This document shows positions 1 through 12,727 of a stretch of 64,000 nucleotides of DNA, piece by piece. The number at the start of each line of letters is the position of its first letter. The first letter of the stretch is position 1. Origin of the DNA: Octopus bimaculoides (Eukaryota); the NCBI RefSeq assembly GCF_001194135.2, contig NC_068998.1:40362976-40426975 (forward strand), given 5' to 3'. The notes beneath the pieces are model-generated. The model had not been told where the DNA came from. It made no database searches and saw only the letters and a list, made by a program, of their open reading frames with translations. Both the position numbers and the translations under genes were made by a program.

Positions 1-152
1 ATGACAATGTTGTTAATGTTGTTGTTTAGCCCTGTATCAGCCATAATGGAGCAGACCTGTAATCAGAGCCCTTCCAACCTTGGCCTCTCTATTTTTGTCC
101 CTATGCACTGTACAACCAGGACCACATTATGCAAATGTGCTCTTCCTTTCTT

Positions 153-361
153 TTAACCCTTTAGAATTCAGGTTAATTCTGTCAAATGTAATGCTTATTT
201 ATCATGCATTATCTTGTAGCTTTGAGATTTCGATGATGTGATTGTTTAATTTTAGAATGACATTGTAGGGTTGGTGTGAGGGGCCAGATCTAGCTGATTT
301 AAACATAGAACAGGAAGAATATTTGGGCCATATATTGCCAATTTAAATACTAAAGGATTAA
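153..361. mobile_element. piggyBac-like MITE (family 1)
   Basis: TTAA-CCCTTTAGaATT ... AATaCTAAAGGa-TTAA termini; the internal sequence is the reverse complement of the copy at 41738-42203. Confidence 0.7.
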
Positions 362-1380
362 GACTTTTGGCTTTAATTGGAAGATTTGACTGTTATCTCC
401 AGCCATTGAGTGCCTATATAGGCATGGGCCCTTTTTTCAAAAAGTGGGCTGCATGAGACATGCCTGGCTCATTATCAGGTTTGTCACACTACTACAAAAA
501 TTCAAGGTAATTTTTCATTAGGTGTGCCAGTCAGTCAACCCTGTGGGCCACAGGTTACCCCTTATGGGTATAGAGGATTTCTTGTATGTTTATGGCAGGG
601 GCAGTGTCTTGTTGTTTAGCCACTTGTCGGCCATGATTGAGTAGGCTTATGATCAATAGTATTCCAACAATGGCCATCTCATCTTTTTTTAATAAGACAG
701 TTGGATATAATTGAAAGAATATATGACTGGCTGTTATTTTTTGTATTTTGACTGAGAACATTGAGGCTGCCTTGTTGATTCATGGAAAATGCTATGTTAT
801 ATATTGGAATATCAAATTGGATAAGGAATAAGTTTTATGATGAAGTTTGTGTACTGCCATGGTAACAACAATGTTGATGGGAGGAGTGTGCCAGTGGTAG
901 CAGTGGTGGGGGGGTGCCACTGCTGAGGATTGTGGTGGTTGTAATGTTACTGGTTACGGTTGCTGCAAAAGCGGTGGTAGTGGTGGCAGCAGGGAAGTTT
1001 GGCAAGGATGTTGGTGATGACACTGGTGGTGATGACAACGATGATGTTTGTTTGATGATTGTGTTGATAGCAGTGACATTAGATAATTATATTAAAGAGC
1101 AGAATGTATTTAGTGATTATAAACAACATCTGTGGATGATAGCATTCCCAGCTATTGATGAGAATGATGATAATGGTGGCGGCAGTGGTGGTGATGATGG
1201 TGGTGGTGGTGGTGGTGGTGGTGGCAGCGGCGGCGGTGGTGGTGTTGATGGCCATGTTGGGGGAGGGGGTAGAAGCAGCAGTAGTAACAGCATGGAAGGA
1301 AGGAAGGGAGGGAGGGAGGAAAGTAGTGGATGAAGAATCCATAGAGTGCTTGATTAAATGCATGCAGTGTTTAGTTACAT

Positions 1381-1763
1381 GTCTTGAAGTTCTCAGTTCA
1401 AATACTGCCAAGTTCAACTTTGCCCTTCATCCTTCTGGAATCAGTAGAATAAAACCCCAGTCAAGTACTGGAGTTAATTTAATCAGATGTATCAGAAATA
1501 ATCATTGTTGTTGTTGTTGCTAGTATGGAGGATTGACAAAATTGTTCTGGCTTTTTTTTAATTCTTTTTTTTTTACGCTGAATTCAAACACTGTTGGAAT
1601 CAAATCTACCTTTCATCCTTCTGAGTTTGATAAAATGAAGCACCAGTCAACTACTGGGGTCCACCAAATATATTGTTCCCTACATGCCAAATTTCTCCCC
1701 TTATGCACATGACAGAACTTATTATTATCATTATTATTAGGCCTTGTACCTATAGTAGAAAGG

Positions 1764-1845
<82 letters not shown>

Positions 1846-2420
1846 CACTGAGGTCAACTTTACTTTTCATCCTTTTGGGGGTCAATTAAATAAGTACTAG
1901 TTGAATTCAAGGGTTGCTGTAATCAACTTACCCATATCCTGAAATTGCTAGCCTTGTGCCAAAATTTGAAAATTTGAAACCGTTAGTAAGATGGCAAGCT
2001 GGCTGAATTGTTAGCACACTAAACAAAATACTTAGTAGTACTTCTTCCAGTTCTACATTCAACGTTCAAAATCCACCTAGGTCAACTTTGCTTTCATCCT
2101 TTCAGGGTTGATGAAATAAACACCAGTTGAGCACTGAGGCAGATGTAATCTACTCACTCCCTCTTCTTAAATTTCAGACCTCATGCCTATAGAAGAAATG
2201 ATTATTGTTGATTGATTGATTGATTGATTAACTGATTGGCAGAATTGTCAGAATATCAGATAAAATGCCTTACAAAATTTCTTCAAACTCTTTATGTCCT
2301 GTGTTCAAATCCCACTAAAATCACTTTGCTTTTCATCAGATACTTGGGTTGGTGGGATCAAATAACTCCTTGCCATTGAAATTGCTGGTTTTGTGCCTTA
2401 AATAGAAACTATTATTATTA
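1381..2420 (+). mobile_element. Head-to-tail cluster of about 5 whole or partial copies of a tRNA-derived SINE (here SINE-A) separated by (ATT)n or (GTT)n
   Basis: Repeated B-box GAGTTCAAATTCC-like motif, gtcaactttgcctttcatcctt body and gccttgtgcc...tagaaaggattatta 3' end. Confidence 0.8.
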
Positions 2421-2424
2421 TCGT

Positions 2425-2636
2425 TATTTTCCTTAGCATTTTCTGTGAGACTTGGTACTTAGATGTTAGGTTTCATGAAAGATACTCAACACTCAATTAC
2501 CAAACTCAAAATCCTAGCTGTCCCCAATAAAGCAGTTTTTGGGGGCATGCCTTACCTTTATGTCAGTTCCAATTTCTCCTTGCTTGTTAGTGCTCTGAGT
2601 GTCCCTACAACTACTAGAATGACAGTTACTCTCTTA

Positions 2637-2638
<2 letters not shown>
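2425..2638 (-). mobile_element. R4/Dong-clade non-LTR retrotransposon, 3' end remnant
   Basis: Minus-strand translation contains VTVILVVVGTL...KTALLGTARIL, the C-terminus of the restriction-like endonuclease (RLE) region; flanked by (ATT)n. Confidence 0.7.
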
Positions 2639-2679
<41 letters not shown>

Positions 2680-2689
2680 CATTATTATT

Positions 2690-2905
2690 AAGGCAGTAAG
2701 CTGGCAGAATCATTAGCATGCTGGGCAAAATGTTTAGCAGCGTTTCGTTTGTCTTTATGTTCTGAGTTCAAATTCCACTGTGGTCGACTTTGCCTTTCGT
2801 CCTTTCAGGGTTGATAAAATAAGTATCAGTTGAATGTTGGGGTTGATGATATCAACTTATCCCCTCCCCCCAAAATTGCTGGCCTTGTGCCAAAATTTGA
2901 AATCT
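2690..2905 (+). mobile_element. SINE-A, near full-length copy
   Basis: aaggcagtaagctggcagaatc head, GAGTTCAAATTCC B box, gccttgtgccaaaatttgaa end. Confidence 0.85.
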
Positions 2906-2924
2906 TTATTATTTCTATTATTCT

Positions 2925-3425
2925 CATTTCACTTCTCAGAGCTCTCAATTTTACTTGCTGCAGTTAATTCTGTGTGAGTGAACAGCAACATGTCAAATGT
3001 CTCACAGGATCACTTTCCACGATACTTAACATCCATGTATCAATCTCAAAATCCTAACTGTCCCCAATAGAGCAGTTTTCTGAGAATGTTCTACCTTTAT
3101 GTCAATCCCAATTTCTCCAACAAATTTCTGAAACCTGGTTGTTAATGCTCCCAGTGCCTCTACAGCTACAGGGATGACAGTTACTTTCTTCATTGCCCAT
3201 ATTCATGCAATTTCATCTTTTAGTAGCATGTACTTTTCAGTCTTTTCTAGCACTTTATCTCCCACCCATCACCTCCAGGTATGGCAATACCTATAATCTT
3301 GGTTTTCTTCATCCTTTTATCCACTACAACAATGCCTAGTCTCCGAGCATCAATCACTGAGTTACAGTCGATATTAAAATGCCATAAGATCTTATACTTA
3401 TTATTCTCAGTGTCACCTTCTGCTT
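2925..3425 (-). mobile_element. R4/Dong-clade LINE remnant (RLE domain)
   Basis: Minus strand reads ENNKYKILWHFNIDCNSVIDARRLGIVVVDKRMKKTKIIGIAIPG...KTALLGTVRIL with frameshifts; abuts (ATT)n at 3426. Confidence 0.8.
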
Positions 3426-3451
3426 TATTATTATTATCATTATTATTATTA

Positions 3452-3520
<69 letters not shown>

Positions 3521-3722
3521 GTGAAAATGAATATAGATGGATATTGTGTTAATACTCTAAAGTATCAGATATTTCATAATTCCACTCAACATAGTTTGCC
3601 TTGTTATCTATCTATTTTATCTATTAAGTAAGAACTGCTCTGTCTTCTCCTTCCCCAGGTGTAATACAACAATAACAACTACAGCAACAACTGTAACAAC
3701 AACAATAATAGCTTGTTTAATA

Positions 3723-3786
<64 letters not shown>

Positions 3787-5204
3787 TAAGTCATTGATTT
3801 CTTTCCAAGATGTCTTCATCTCCTCAACTTCTGCTTTAGGTCTTTCGTCATGTCAAAGTTTCCTTGTGAAACTCTTCTTGGCCATTGTTATTTTTACTTC
3901 AAAGAAATCTAATTAACATCCAATCTTTTCTGGTCACAATTTCATTAATCTAATCATTTAAAGTGATTGCCAGTCATTCTCAATGAAATATTTCACACGA
4001 AAAATCAATAATTCTTTTGAAAATCCTTCCCACAAAATTCTGTGTCTTTCTCTTCCATTCTTTCATTCTAGTAATGTCGCTTTGTCTCTTTGTGTCATTT
4101 CCAGCTTGTTTTGTATTTTCATATCTGTGTTTGTTTTGTTTTTGTTTTTGCATCTTTAATTATTTATTACTTTACTTTTACTTTTCTCTTTTTTGTCATC
4201 CTCTTGTTGAAATATGTGTGACAAAGCATTATAACATTGCTGCTATGAGTTCCTCTCCCTTTGGAAGTTTGTTTAGTTTCTCTTTTTCTTCCCAATCCCC
4301 CCCTCTCTCTCTCTCTCTCTCTCCCTTTCTCTCTCTCACTCTCTCTCTCTCTCTCTCTCCTCTCCCCCTCTCTCTATTCATACATATGTGTGTTTCTTCT
4401 TCATCTTTATGAATTCTGACAATGAAAAGATAATCAACCCACTCTTGTTGAAACAACAAGCAATATCAAATAATCAAAATGATCTTTTGCTGCAGAATTT
4501 TTAATAAAAGCCTTAAACATTTGCAAGCATTTCAGACAGTCAGGAATATAATTCCTCAGTTGAGTTCACAATTAATGATGACAAAGAATCTGGTTTCAAA
4601 TCTCACAGTATCTGACAAAAATAACCTATTATTATTATTGTTATTAAGAAGCATATCAGTCTCTAAAGTAAATGTTTTAAAAATATTTATGCAGATTTTT
4701 GGTTTCTTTACATTGTCCTTAATATATCTACTTCTTGATTAGGGTTGTTCTAGAGTTAAACCACAGTATCAACTGCTGAACTAGATTAATCAGTGTTACA
4801 TTCAACTGGTCAATTACCGGTGTATAACTAATGTAATTTGGTCTTGTGTCTAACCTTTGTACTGTCTCTGGTATGTGGTTTCTGATTTAGGCACAAGACC
4901 CATAATTTTGAGAACACAGGCTTAGTTGATACCACCAACCCCGGTACTTGACCAATGCATTATGTTATTGACTCTGAGAGGATAAAAAGTACAGTTGACC
5001 TTGCCAGGACTTGAATTCAGAACATAAAAAGCCAGAACAAATACCAGAGGCATTATTTTTATGATGCTATAATGATTCAGACTGTTAATGGCAATATATC
5101 TTGACTGCACTGGCATATCATTGATGGTTTTGTACAAAGCATGCTACTATTGCTATTATTATTGAGGAGGACGACAATAATGAAAAGAAAGGTGAACTGG
5201 TGAG

Positions 5205-5935
5205 GGTATCTTTCATGCAACATGTCTTTCTGCAGCTCATCTCATTGACAGAGCTGCAGTCATGGGTCAAACATAGACCAAGGTTGGCTGTTTGACATTT
5301 AGAATGTTGCCACTCACTGCATTGTACTAGCTGCCCAAAACCATTGTCGGTAGAAACAACCCAAGATTTCTATAGGGGGCTAGTTGAGGGTATGAGTGAT
5401 GATGGTCTAGGATTGAATTTAGGCATCAACGAGAACAATCTGAGTAGTCTCTTCCAGAGGACCTCCAGTTCAAAGATCATGGACAATTTCCAAAAGTCTT
5501 TGGCTTGGCAGTATTACAGAGGGTCATTGCCTATTTGAGACATGCTCTCCAGGCATGGAAGCACCAACAGCTGGACCAGTCCGAGATGCTTACAGGGGGA
5601 TGAAACTGTCCTGTATGCAATAATTCAGTGTCCATGCATTAGAGAGTTGTGGGATTGTGTGGAGCAGTTGTTGTCACATGTAAGATGAATCCAGCTGTCT
5701 GCTAAGTGTATAGTGAAGACTGGTGTACCACCTTTTCTTAGAAGAGAAGGAAGGCAGATCTTTCTCTGCTTAGTGGCTGTGGTAAAAGAGGCTGTGTGGT
5801 GGACCTGTCTGAAAGGTTTGAAGACGGGCACATTCCTATCTGGTCAAGCCCTCGTCAATTTCTTCAAATATCATTTGAAGAGGAAGGTGAGGGTAGAGAG
5901 AGGTGCTGCCTTCTAGTGTGTTTATCAAAAGGTGG
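5205..5935 (+). mobile_element. L1/Tx1-clade LINE ORF2 3' fragment (zinc-finger/RVT tail), decayed
   Basis: Frames read LAWQYYRGSLPI*DMLSRHGS..SPRCLQGDETVLYAIIQCPCIRELW and FLCLVAVVKEAVWWTCLKG...FFKYHLKRKVRVER, typical of the Tx1 C-terminus; contains internal stops. Confidence 0.75.
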
Positions 5936-5979
5936 TCCCCTCCCACAAAATTTCAGGCCTTCTGCCTATAGTAGAAAGG

Positions 5980-6015
<36 letters not shown>

Positions 6016-6016
6016 T

Positions 6017-6499
6017 CTTTTTATCACAGGTTTCGTTGGAACCCCTGGAGTCTTGCTTGCATAGCGGGCTTGCTACCTGCAGCCTATGGTACCATGCTAT
6101 CTAATACTTTCCTGATTATTCTGACCGTGCCAAGGAGGCAAACCTTTTGTAACAGTTCTTCCGAGCACTCTATTCCAATCTCCTTAATATTCCTCTTGAT
6201 GCCTTCTGATACTGTTCCCAAGGACCCAACAATAATTGGCACTACCTTAACCTCTATTTTCCATAGCTGGGTTATTTCATACTTAAGAGGGTTGTATTTA
6301 TCTATTTTTTCGCCTTCTTTCTTGACTATTCGTGGGTCAAAGGGGTATGCAACATTAACTGTATAGCACATGTGGCACATCTTGTCAACCACCAGTATGT
6401 CTGGTTTGTTATGCTCTAGCACCTGATCTGTTTGGATTGGGAAATCCCAGAGGGTTTTGCTACTCTCCGACTCCGCCACTCCCTGCAGTTTGTGCTCAT
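6017..6499 (-). mobile_element. R4/Dong-clade LINE 3' end with RLE domain
   Basis: ORF 6084-6479: LWDFPIQTDQVLEHNKPDILVVDK...NVAYPFD...EKIDKYNPLK...QKVCLLGTVRIIRKVL (PD..D RLE motif); (ATT)n on one side and (ATC)n/(ATT)n on the other. Confidence 0.9.
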
Positions 6500-6505
6500 A
6501 TTATT

Positions 6506-6537
<32 letters not shown>

Positions 6538-6549
6538 TATTATTATTCA

Positions 6550-6960
6550 GAATGTGATGAACTGGCCAAATCTTTAGTGCATCAGACAAAATGCTTTGCA
6601 TATTTTCTTCTGACTCATTAAGTTCTCAGTTCAATACCCTCAAAGTATCCCTTCCGGGTTGATAAAATAACATACCAGTAATTACTGGAGTTGATGTAAT
6701 CAACTAACCCCCACCCTTAAAATCACTGGCCTTATGCTAAAATTTGAGGTGGGTGGTTGAGTGAGTTATTAGCACATCAGGCAAAATGTTTTGCAGTATT
6801 TGTTCTGGCTCTTAATGTTCTGAGTTCAAATCTTGCCATGGTCAACTTTGCCTTTTATTTTTCCAGGGTTGATAACATAAAGTATCATTCAAGTGCTGGT
6901 GTCAATTTAATTGATTAACTCATCCCCCAAATTTCAGGCTTTATATCTATATTAGAAACA
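6550..6960 (+). mobile_element. Two tandem SINE-A copies
   Basis: Two successive B-box/body/3'-end units homologous to 2690-2905. Confidence 0.75.
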
Positions 6961-7949
6961 AACAATTACTATTCAGGTTTGTTGGCGGGGTGGTGGGAGT
7001 ACAGATGCCTGTAACAGTGGAGAGTGTATCTAAGCATTGTTATGGTATCCAAAATTCACTACATAACTATTTATATTTCATTTCCAATAAAAAAGAATAG
7101 AATTTTTTTTTATTACCATGTGCAGTAACATGATAATAGATATATTGGAATATGGCTTGATAAAAGAGAGAAGTTAAAAATACAGAAGATAAAACAGATA
7201 ACACGGATTAATGGTAAAGCAAAAATATAAAAATATGAACAGAATCTAGTGTTAAGTATTATATGTTTGATCTTAGCCACTTTCTGATTGTTTTGTTCAT
7301 ACAAGATGTATACAATACAAAGGCAAAGATTGTCTCTAAATCTTCCAGTTTTTTGCTTTTAGCAATAGAAATGTTAGTTCTGAATACAGAGGATTTAATG
7401 GTCTGACATGAGGAATACTAAATCACCAGTGATGTATAGAGTATGGGGGTGTAGATGTTTGTAATAAATATCTTGCTGGTTGGGAAGAACATTACTGACT
7501 ATATTCTGAGTGGTGATTATAACTTTCTCAAGAACATTATCTTAGTTTTTGCAAAGTCTTCTTCAGATTTTGGCATAAAAAAAAATTCTGTTTTTACCCT
7601 GTGAGGCCATATGGTAAAGGAATTAGCAGATATATATTCTGTGGGTGTGAGAGAGAGAGAATGTGAATGAATGAGTACAAAGGCACATGGCTTTGTGGTC
7701 AGGGAGTTGTACTCACAATTGCAAGATTATAGTTTCAATTCCCTGACTGACAGTGTAATTGTGTTCTTAAACTCCAGTCCATTTAGCTGTAACTGGGTAA
7801 CTCTGCACCAGACTTGTGTTCTGTTCAGGGATAATGTTGGCCTGCCTACCTAACAGGCATGTGGCATGGAAGTACATTGTGACCAGCAGTGTATAATAAC
7901 ACCTGATAGTCTGGTTGATAAAGTGATACAGTGATATATATATATATAT

Positions 7950-8130
7950 ATCATCATCATCATCAACTCTCTGTGCTGGCATGTGTTAGACGGTTCAACA
8001 AGAGCTGATGAACCAGAGGGCTGCACCAGGTTCCAGTCTGATTTGGCATGGTTTCTACAACTGGATACCCTTCCTAACGCCAACCACTCCAGGAGTGTAA
8101 TGGATGCTTTTACGTGCAACCAGCACAGGT
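7950..8130 (-). mobile_element. RTE-tailed SINE or RTE 3'-end copy (here family C)
   Basis: Reverse complement of tggttggcgttaggaagggtatccagttgtagaaacc...(gat)n; same family at about 24900-25090, 25560-25935, 31015-31110, 34200-34405, 40770-40950 and 58905-59100. Confidence 0.75.
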
Positions 8131-8290
8131 GGCATTTACATGACATAGGCAATGACCACAACTACAATTCATGGGCAGGTACCATTTACATGGTACCATC
8201 AATGACTACAACTACAATTCACAGGTGGGTGCCATTTACATGATACCAGCAATGACCATATACATGTGCCATTTACATGCCACCGACAAC
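8120..8290. repeat. Degenerate minisatellite, about 4 units of 40-50 bp (core gtgccatttacatg...caatgacc)
   Basis: Four visible copies of ccatttacatg with shared flanks. Confidence 0.8.
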
Positions 8291-8692
8291 GACCATATAT
8301 ACACATACAGTTTAGCCCTGATTTACAAATTTAATTCATTCCTGAAAGCTTTTCATCACTCGAAATGTTCATAAACTTCAAGAGAAGGCATGTATGAATT
8401 TAAACAGGGATGTGCACTGAGCAAAGACTAGACAGCAACTGATGCTCTCCTGCTTAAACTCCCAACCTGTTGCTAACCAGTGTTGTTGGCTTGTGTGTTC
8501 ATTTCTCAAGACATTGTTCATCACCCGAGATGTTTTATGTTTGAAAAATAGTTTGTAAACCAATTTGTTTGTGATGGGAGGCATTAGTAAACTATGTTTC
8601 ACTCTGTGTGTGTGTATAAAATGTACTAGTAATATACTCGTAATAATTTATTTGATTCTTGTTCTCAAGTTAAACAATTGGCCATGTACTTA

Positions 8693-8867
8693 ACTCTTAC
8701 TCTTTTACTCATTTACTTGTTTCAGTCATTTGACTGTGGTCATGCTGGAGCACTGCCTTTAGTCGAGCAAATCGACCCCAGGACTTATTTTTTTGGAAGC
8801 CTAGTACTTATTCTATCGGTCTCTTTTTGACGAACCGCTAAGTTACGGGGACGTAAACACAGACACA

Positions 8868-8937
<70 letters not shown>

Positions 8938-9103
8938 TACAACAGGCTTCTTTCAGTTTCCGTCTACCAAATCCACTCACAAGGCTTTGGTCAGCCTGAG
9001 GCTATAGTAGAAGACACTTGCCCAAGGTGCCACGCAGGGGGACTGAACCCGGAACCATGTGGTTGGTAAGCAAGCTACTTACCACACACCCACTCTTACG
9101 CCT
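8693..9103 (-). mobile_element. tRNA-derived CORE-type SINE (here family B), near full length
   Basis: The minus strand has a tRNA-like head (B box GGTTCAGTCCC), the CORE-like GGCACCTTGGGCAAGTGTCTT, an internal (TA)/(CA) tract and an (AAAAGAGT)n-like tail. It probably corresponds to a described octopus SINE family, but the assignment is not verified. Confidence 0.85.
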
Positions 9104-9327
9104 ATGTTTAAAAAAAGTTTTTTAAAAAAATGAAAAATGAAAACTCTCTGGTGTATGATATCAGTGCCACATCCCATGGTTGTAGTTGTATCTAATTAAC
9201 GTGGACATGGAAAGATGTTAGTTTGTAGAGCTCCATCTGGTTATTACTATTGAGTTCTAAAAGGTCAACTTTCATATCTCATATATCATTAGCTGAAACT
9301 CCAATGCCAAAATGAACAAGACACATG

Positions 9328-9511
9328 TTAACCCTCCTGTTACCATGTTTCTGTTGAAACACACCACCTTTGTTTTAATTGATTTAGAATTTAGTAAAAC
9401 AACTTTATCGATATTTAGCTGATGTTTGGAACATGAACATGGAATTTCAATGGAAGTTTATATGATAGAATCAGAGGATAGTCTCAGGTATGTTGGAATC
9501 AAAAGGGTTAA
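9328..9511. mobile_element. piggyBac-like MITE (family 2)
   Basis: TTAA-CCCT ... AAAAGGG-TTAA termini. Confidence 0.65.
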
Positions 9512-11083
9512 GCTCATACCTGCTATTTGAAAGTAACTAAAGGTTTGGCATGTACACTCACAATTTTGTATGTTGGCCAAAATAATTCCATATTTTAAGC
9601 TACATATATTTGAAAAGAGTAAGCAATGACAGTTAGGGGAGTTGAACTTCAAAAAGCATTCATACAACAAGGGAGTAACAAGAAGGTTTTTTTTTTGTAA
9701 AGTTTTTTCTGGCATCACACAATATCCCAAAATACAGTAAGCTGATGTTGCAAGTGAGAGGTGTAAAGGAAACCAAAAACAAGGAGCAAGTTAAGTGAAG
9801 TAGATCAACAAGGAATTGAAACTGCACTGCATATACTTCTATGCAGTGTTTAGCACCAGGTTAACCCTGATCAAGCAGGATTATCATGAAAGTTGTTCTA
9901 GTCATGACTATCTACTTTGAATACATTGTCCAGTGTATCCTATATTTAAGAGAGTAGGGTATGATTTGATAGAGGTTTGGTTGCTATTTGTAGCAAGTCT
10001 AGGGACTATATAGAAGCTCCTTCATTAGTTTAAATTATTAGATATAGTAGCCTTCTATATAGTAGTTTAATAAAAGTAGTCTATAGATCAGTCTGTTTTA
10101 TATGTATGTGTGTGTTTGTACGTATACATATGTACGTGTGCGTTTATATGTATACATATGTGTGTATGTATGCATAAGTATGTGTGTCTATTTGTGTGTG
10201 TGTGTGTGTCTGTGTGTGTGTGTGTGTGTGTACATGCAGAGAGAAAGAGAGAGAGGGAGAGAAAAGCTAAGTCAGATTTCTTCTCTTTTGCCACCACTAT
10301 TATACAATCGCAACAACAATTACAAGAACATTGGAAGTGATTTAATGTTGAAACAAACAAACACTAAAATCTGGGAAAAATAAACTTCATCCAATACCTC
10401 CATAACAATCACACCTTCTCCGTGACAAGCGGAACATTGTAATTACTTACCATTATCTCAGAATATTCTGGAAATAAACTAAAAAATAAATAAATAAATA
10501 ACTAAAAAAAAATAAAATAAAACAAGTACAGAAATGTAAAAACAAACCATAACAAAAATTCTTTGGAAACGCTTTCCGTTTCCAAAAATTGATATCAATT
10601 GATGGAGAGACTGACTTAGTTGTGGCACAATGGTTATATTTGGTATTGTGGGGGTGGTAGTGTAACAAATGTTGTTGTTGTTACTGTGGTGGTAGTGGTG
10701 GTGGCGGTGGTGGTGGTGATGCTGCTGCTGCTGGGAGGATGGGGAAAAGGGGGAATATGGTGCCAAGTAGGAGGAGATATCTTGATTTGTTTTGTTTTCT
10801 TTTTTTTCCCTTCCACTTTATTCTTTGAATTGACTGTCTGTCACACTGTTTATCTCAATCTGGTTATCCATTTATCATCTACTTGTCTAGAATTTCTTTT
10901 CTTTTTATCTTTGTATCTTTATATATGGTTATTTGTTTATCTATCCATCTGCGTGTGTGTATGTGTGTGTGTATGTGTTTATATGTGTATTTATACATTC
11001 ATGTATATATTTATATATATATATACACATACACACACGTGACCTGTGTAGTAGATTTTTGTGTGTGTTTGTTATATGTGTGT

Positions 11084-11118
<35 letters not shown>

Positions 11119-11277
11119 AACCTACTGATTGAACTTCTTTCCATAGCTCTATCTATTTCCATATCTACCTGCCTACCTACCATCCATTTGTCCACTCATA
11201 CTTCCATCTACTTGACCATCTGAACATTAACCCTACTTTCCTTTCATTTATCTATTTATTTGTTTATCTAACCTTAC

Positions 11278-11326
<49 letters not shown>

Positions 11327-11559
11327 ATGCACACACATGCATGCACATACAGAAACGTAATGTTATGTGCATGTCTTTAGGTACATATTTATACCTACTA
11401 ATCTATTTTTGTGTTCTCTTGTACTTTGTTTCACTTCCTTTACATGCATTCTATACATACTATATGAATGTGTGTGCATGTATTTGCATCTGTGTGTGTG
11501 TGTGTGTGTGTGTGTGTATTTATCTCCTTGTCTAGACATTATGTGCTAACTGTAAGCAC

Positions 11560-11800
11560 CCGTCACTGTCATACAAGTAGTATCGTTTGCTTGCAATCTT
11601 CCCTGGAAATACGTCTGGTCATTGAACTGTTTCATGTTTGAAGAAACAGGGAAAATGTCACCATGCTTGGAAACAGGAGAAGGTAAGCAACAGGAAGAGC
11701 ATCCAACTGTAGAAAATCTACCTAGATGAATTTTGCCCAACTCTCACACGCAATGGAAACATGGGTGTTAAATAATGTTGACAATGATATATATATATCA
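11560..11800 (+). mobile_element. Variant of the RTE-tailed repeat (cttggaaacagg...ggaagagcatccaactgtagaaaat...); further copies at about 13750-13990 (-), 17300-17530 (+) and 17630-17790 (-)
   Basis: Mutual homology between the copies and a 3' end shared with family C. Confidence 0.65.
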
Positions 11801-12003
11801 TCATCATAATCATCATCACTTTACAGCTGAATGCCTTTCCTGGTGCCAATCTTCACCTGTTTTGATGCAAGGTAATAATTACTCCCTTCTACCGAACAAC
11901 AAACAGCCTGGATATGCTTTTGCAGAAGGCTACAAACATATGACACTGGTTTTTGTTTGCAGCCAACACACAGATATATGTTCTCTCCTCCTATTTCTCA
12001 CTA

Positions 12004-12080
<77 letters not shown>

Positions 12081-12727
12081 GATGTCTCCTATTAGCCCTT
12101 TCTACTGTTTTCTTCTTAACAACTTCAAGATGCCCCTCTGAGTACTATGCTGCCATCATCCAGCATTGTTAGTGGAGGAATTTGGTTAGATCAACCGTCA
12201 CAACTCCCAGAAAAAAAAGTCAAAGTAAATATTATCATGTTGAGTTACACGGAATGTCTGGCAAATTGGGTGAGATGGTTTCTAGGATCCTTATAACACA
12301 TTTGAGTTGTTTGAAGATCAGAAATTCTGACTCTTGCAAGCTCCTTTTGCAATATTGCTTTATTTTTCTTCATTCACGGACACTGTCTCCTGAGATTTCA
12401 TAAATGTGGCACCATGTGGTATCATGTAGTTGGACTCATGATGCTGTTGTTGTTGTTGTTGTTGTTTAGTCCTTTTCCCAAACCAGACTTATGATTAAAG
12501 GTCTTCCAATCATGACATGATTCGATGTGCCCTTCTATTTTTAAGACTGAGTGAAATCCAGGGGAGGTTTTGCCTTGCTGTCTTTAGCAAGGCAATCAGC
12601 CATATAGAGGTTTTTATTGACTCATTGTTGTTGCTAATGTTGATAATGCCCTTGTTTCTTATTAATGATGTTGTTTATTCTAAAATTCATAATGATTTAT
12701 GATAATTTTTTTTTCTTGTTTCTCTAG

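Noticed and set aside
835-1523. Overlapping Gly/Val/Thr-rich ORFs (914-1333, 1155-1523, 1079-1417)
   Set aside because: These are degenerate (GGT/GAT/GTT)n arrays; stop-free frames follow from the repeat unit, and there is no splice or homology support.
3790-3990. Possible Tc1/mariner transposase remnant (also about 16000-16260)
   Set aside because: Only a faint resemblance (DFF...W.EI); no TIRs or catalytic motifs that I can support.
10460-10474. Perfect three-pentamer heat-shock element AGAAT-ATTCT-GGAAA and a nearby 10-bp hairpin (10562-10586)
   Set aside because: About one such HSE is expected by chance in 60 kb of this base composition, and there is no promoter evidence.
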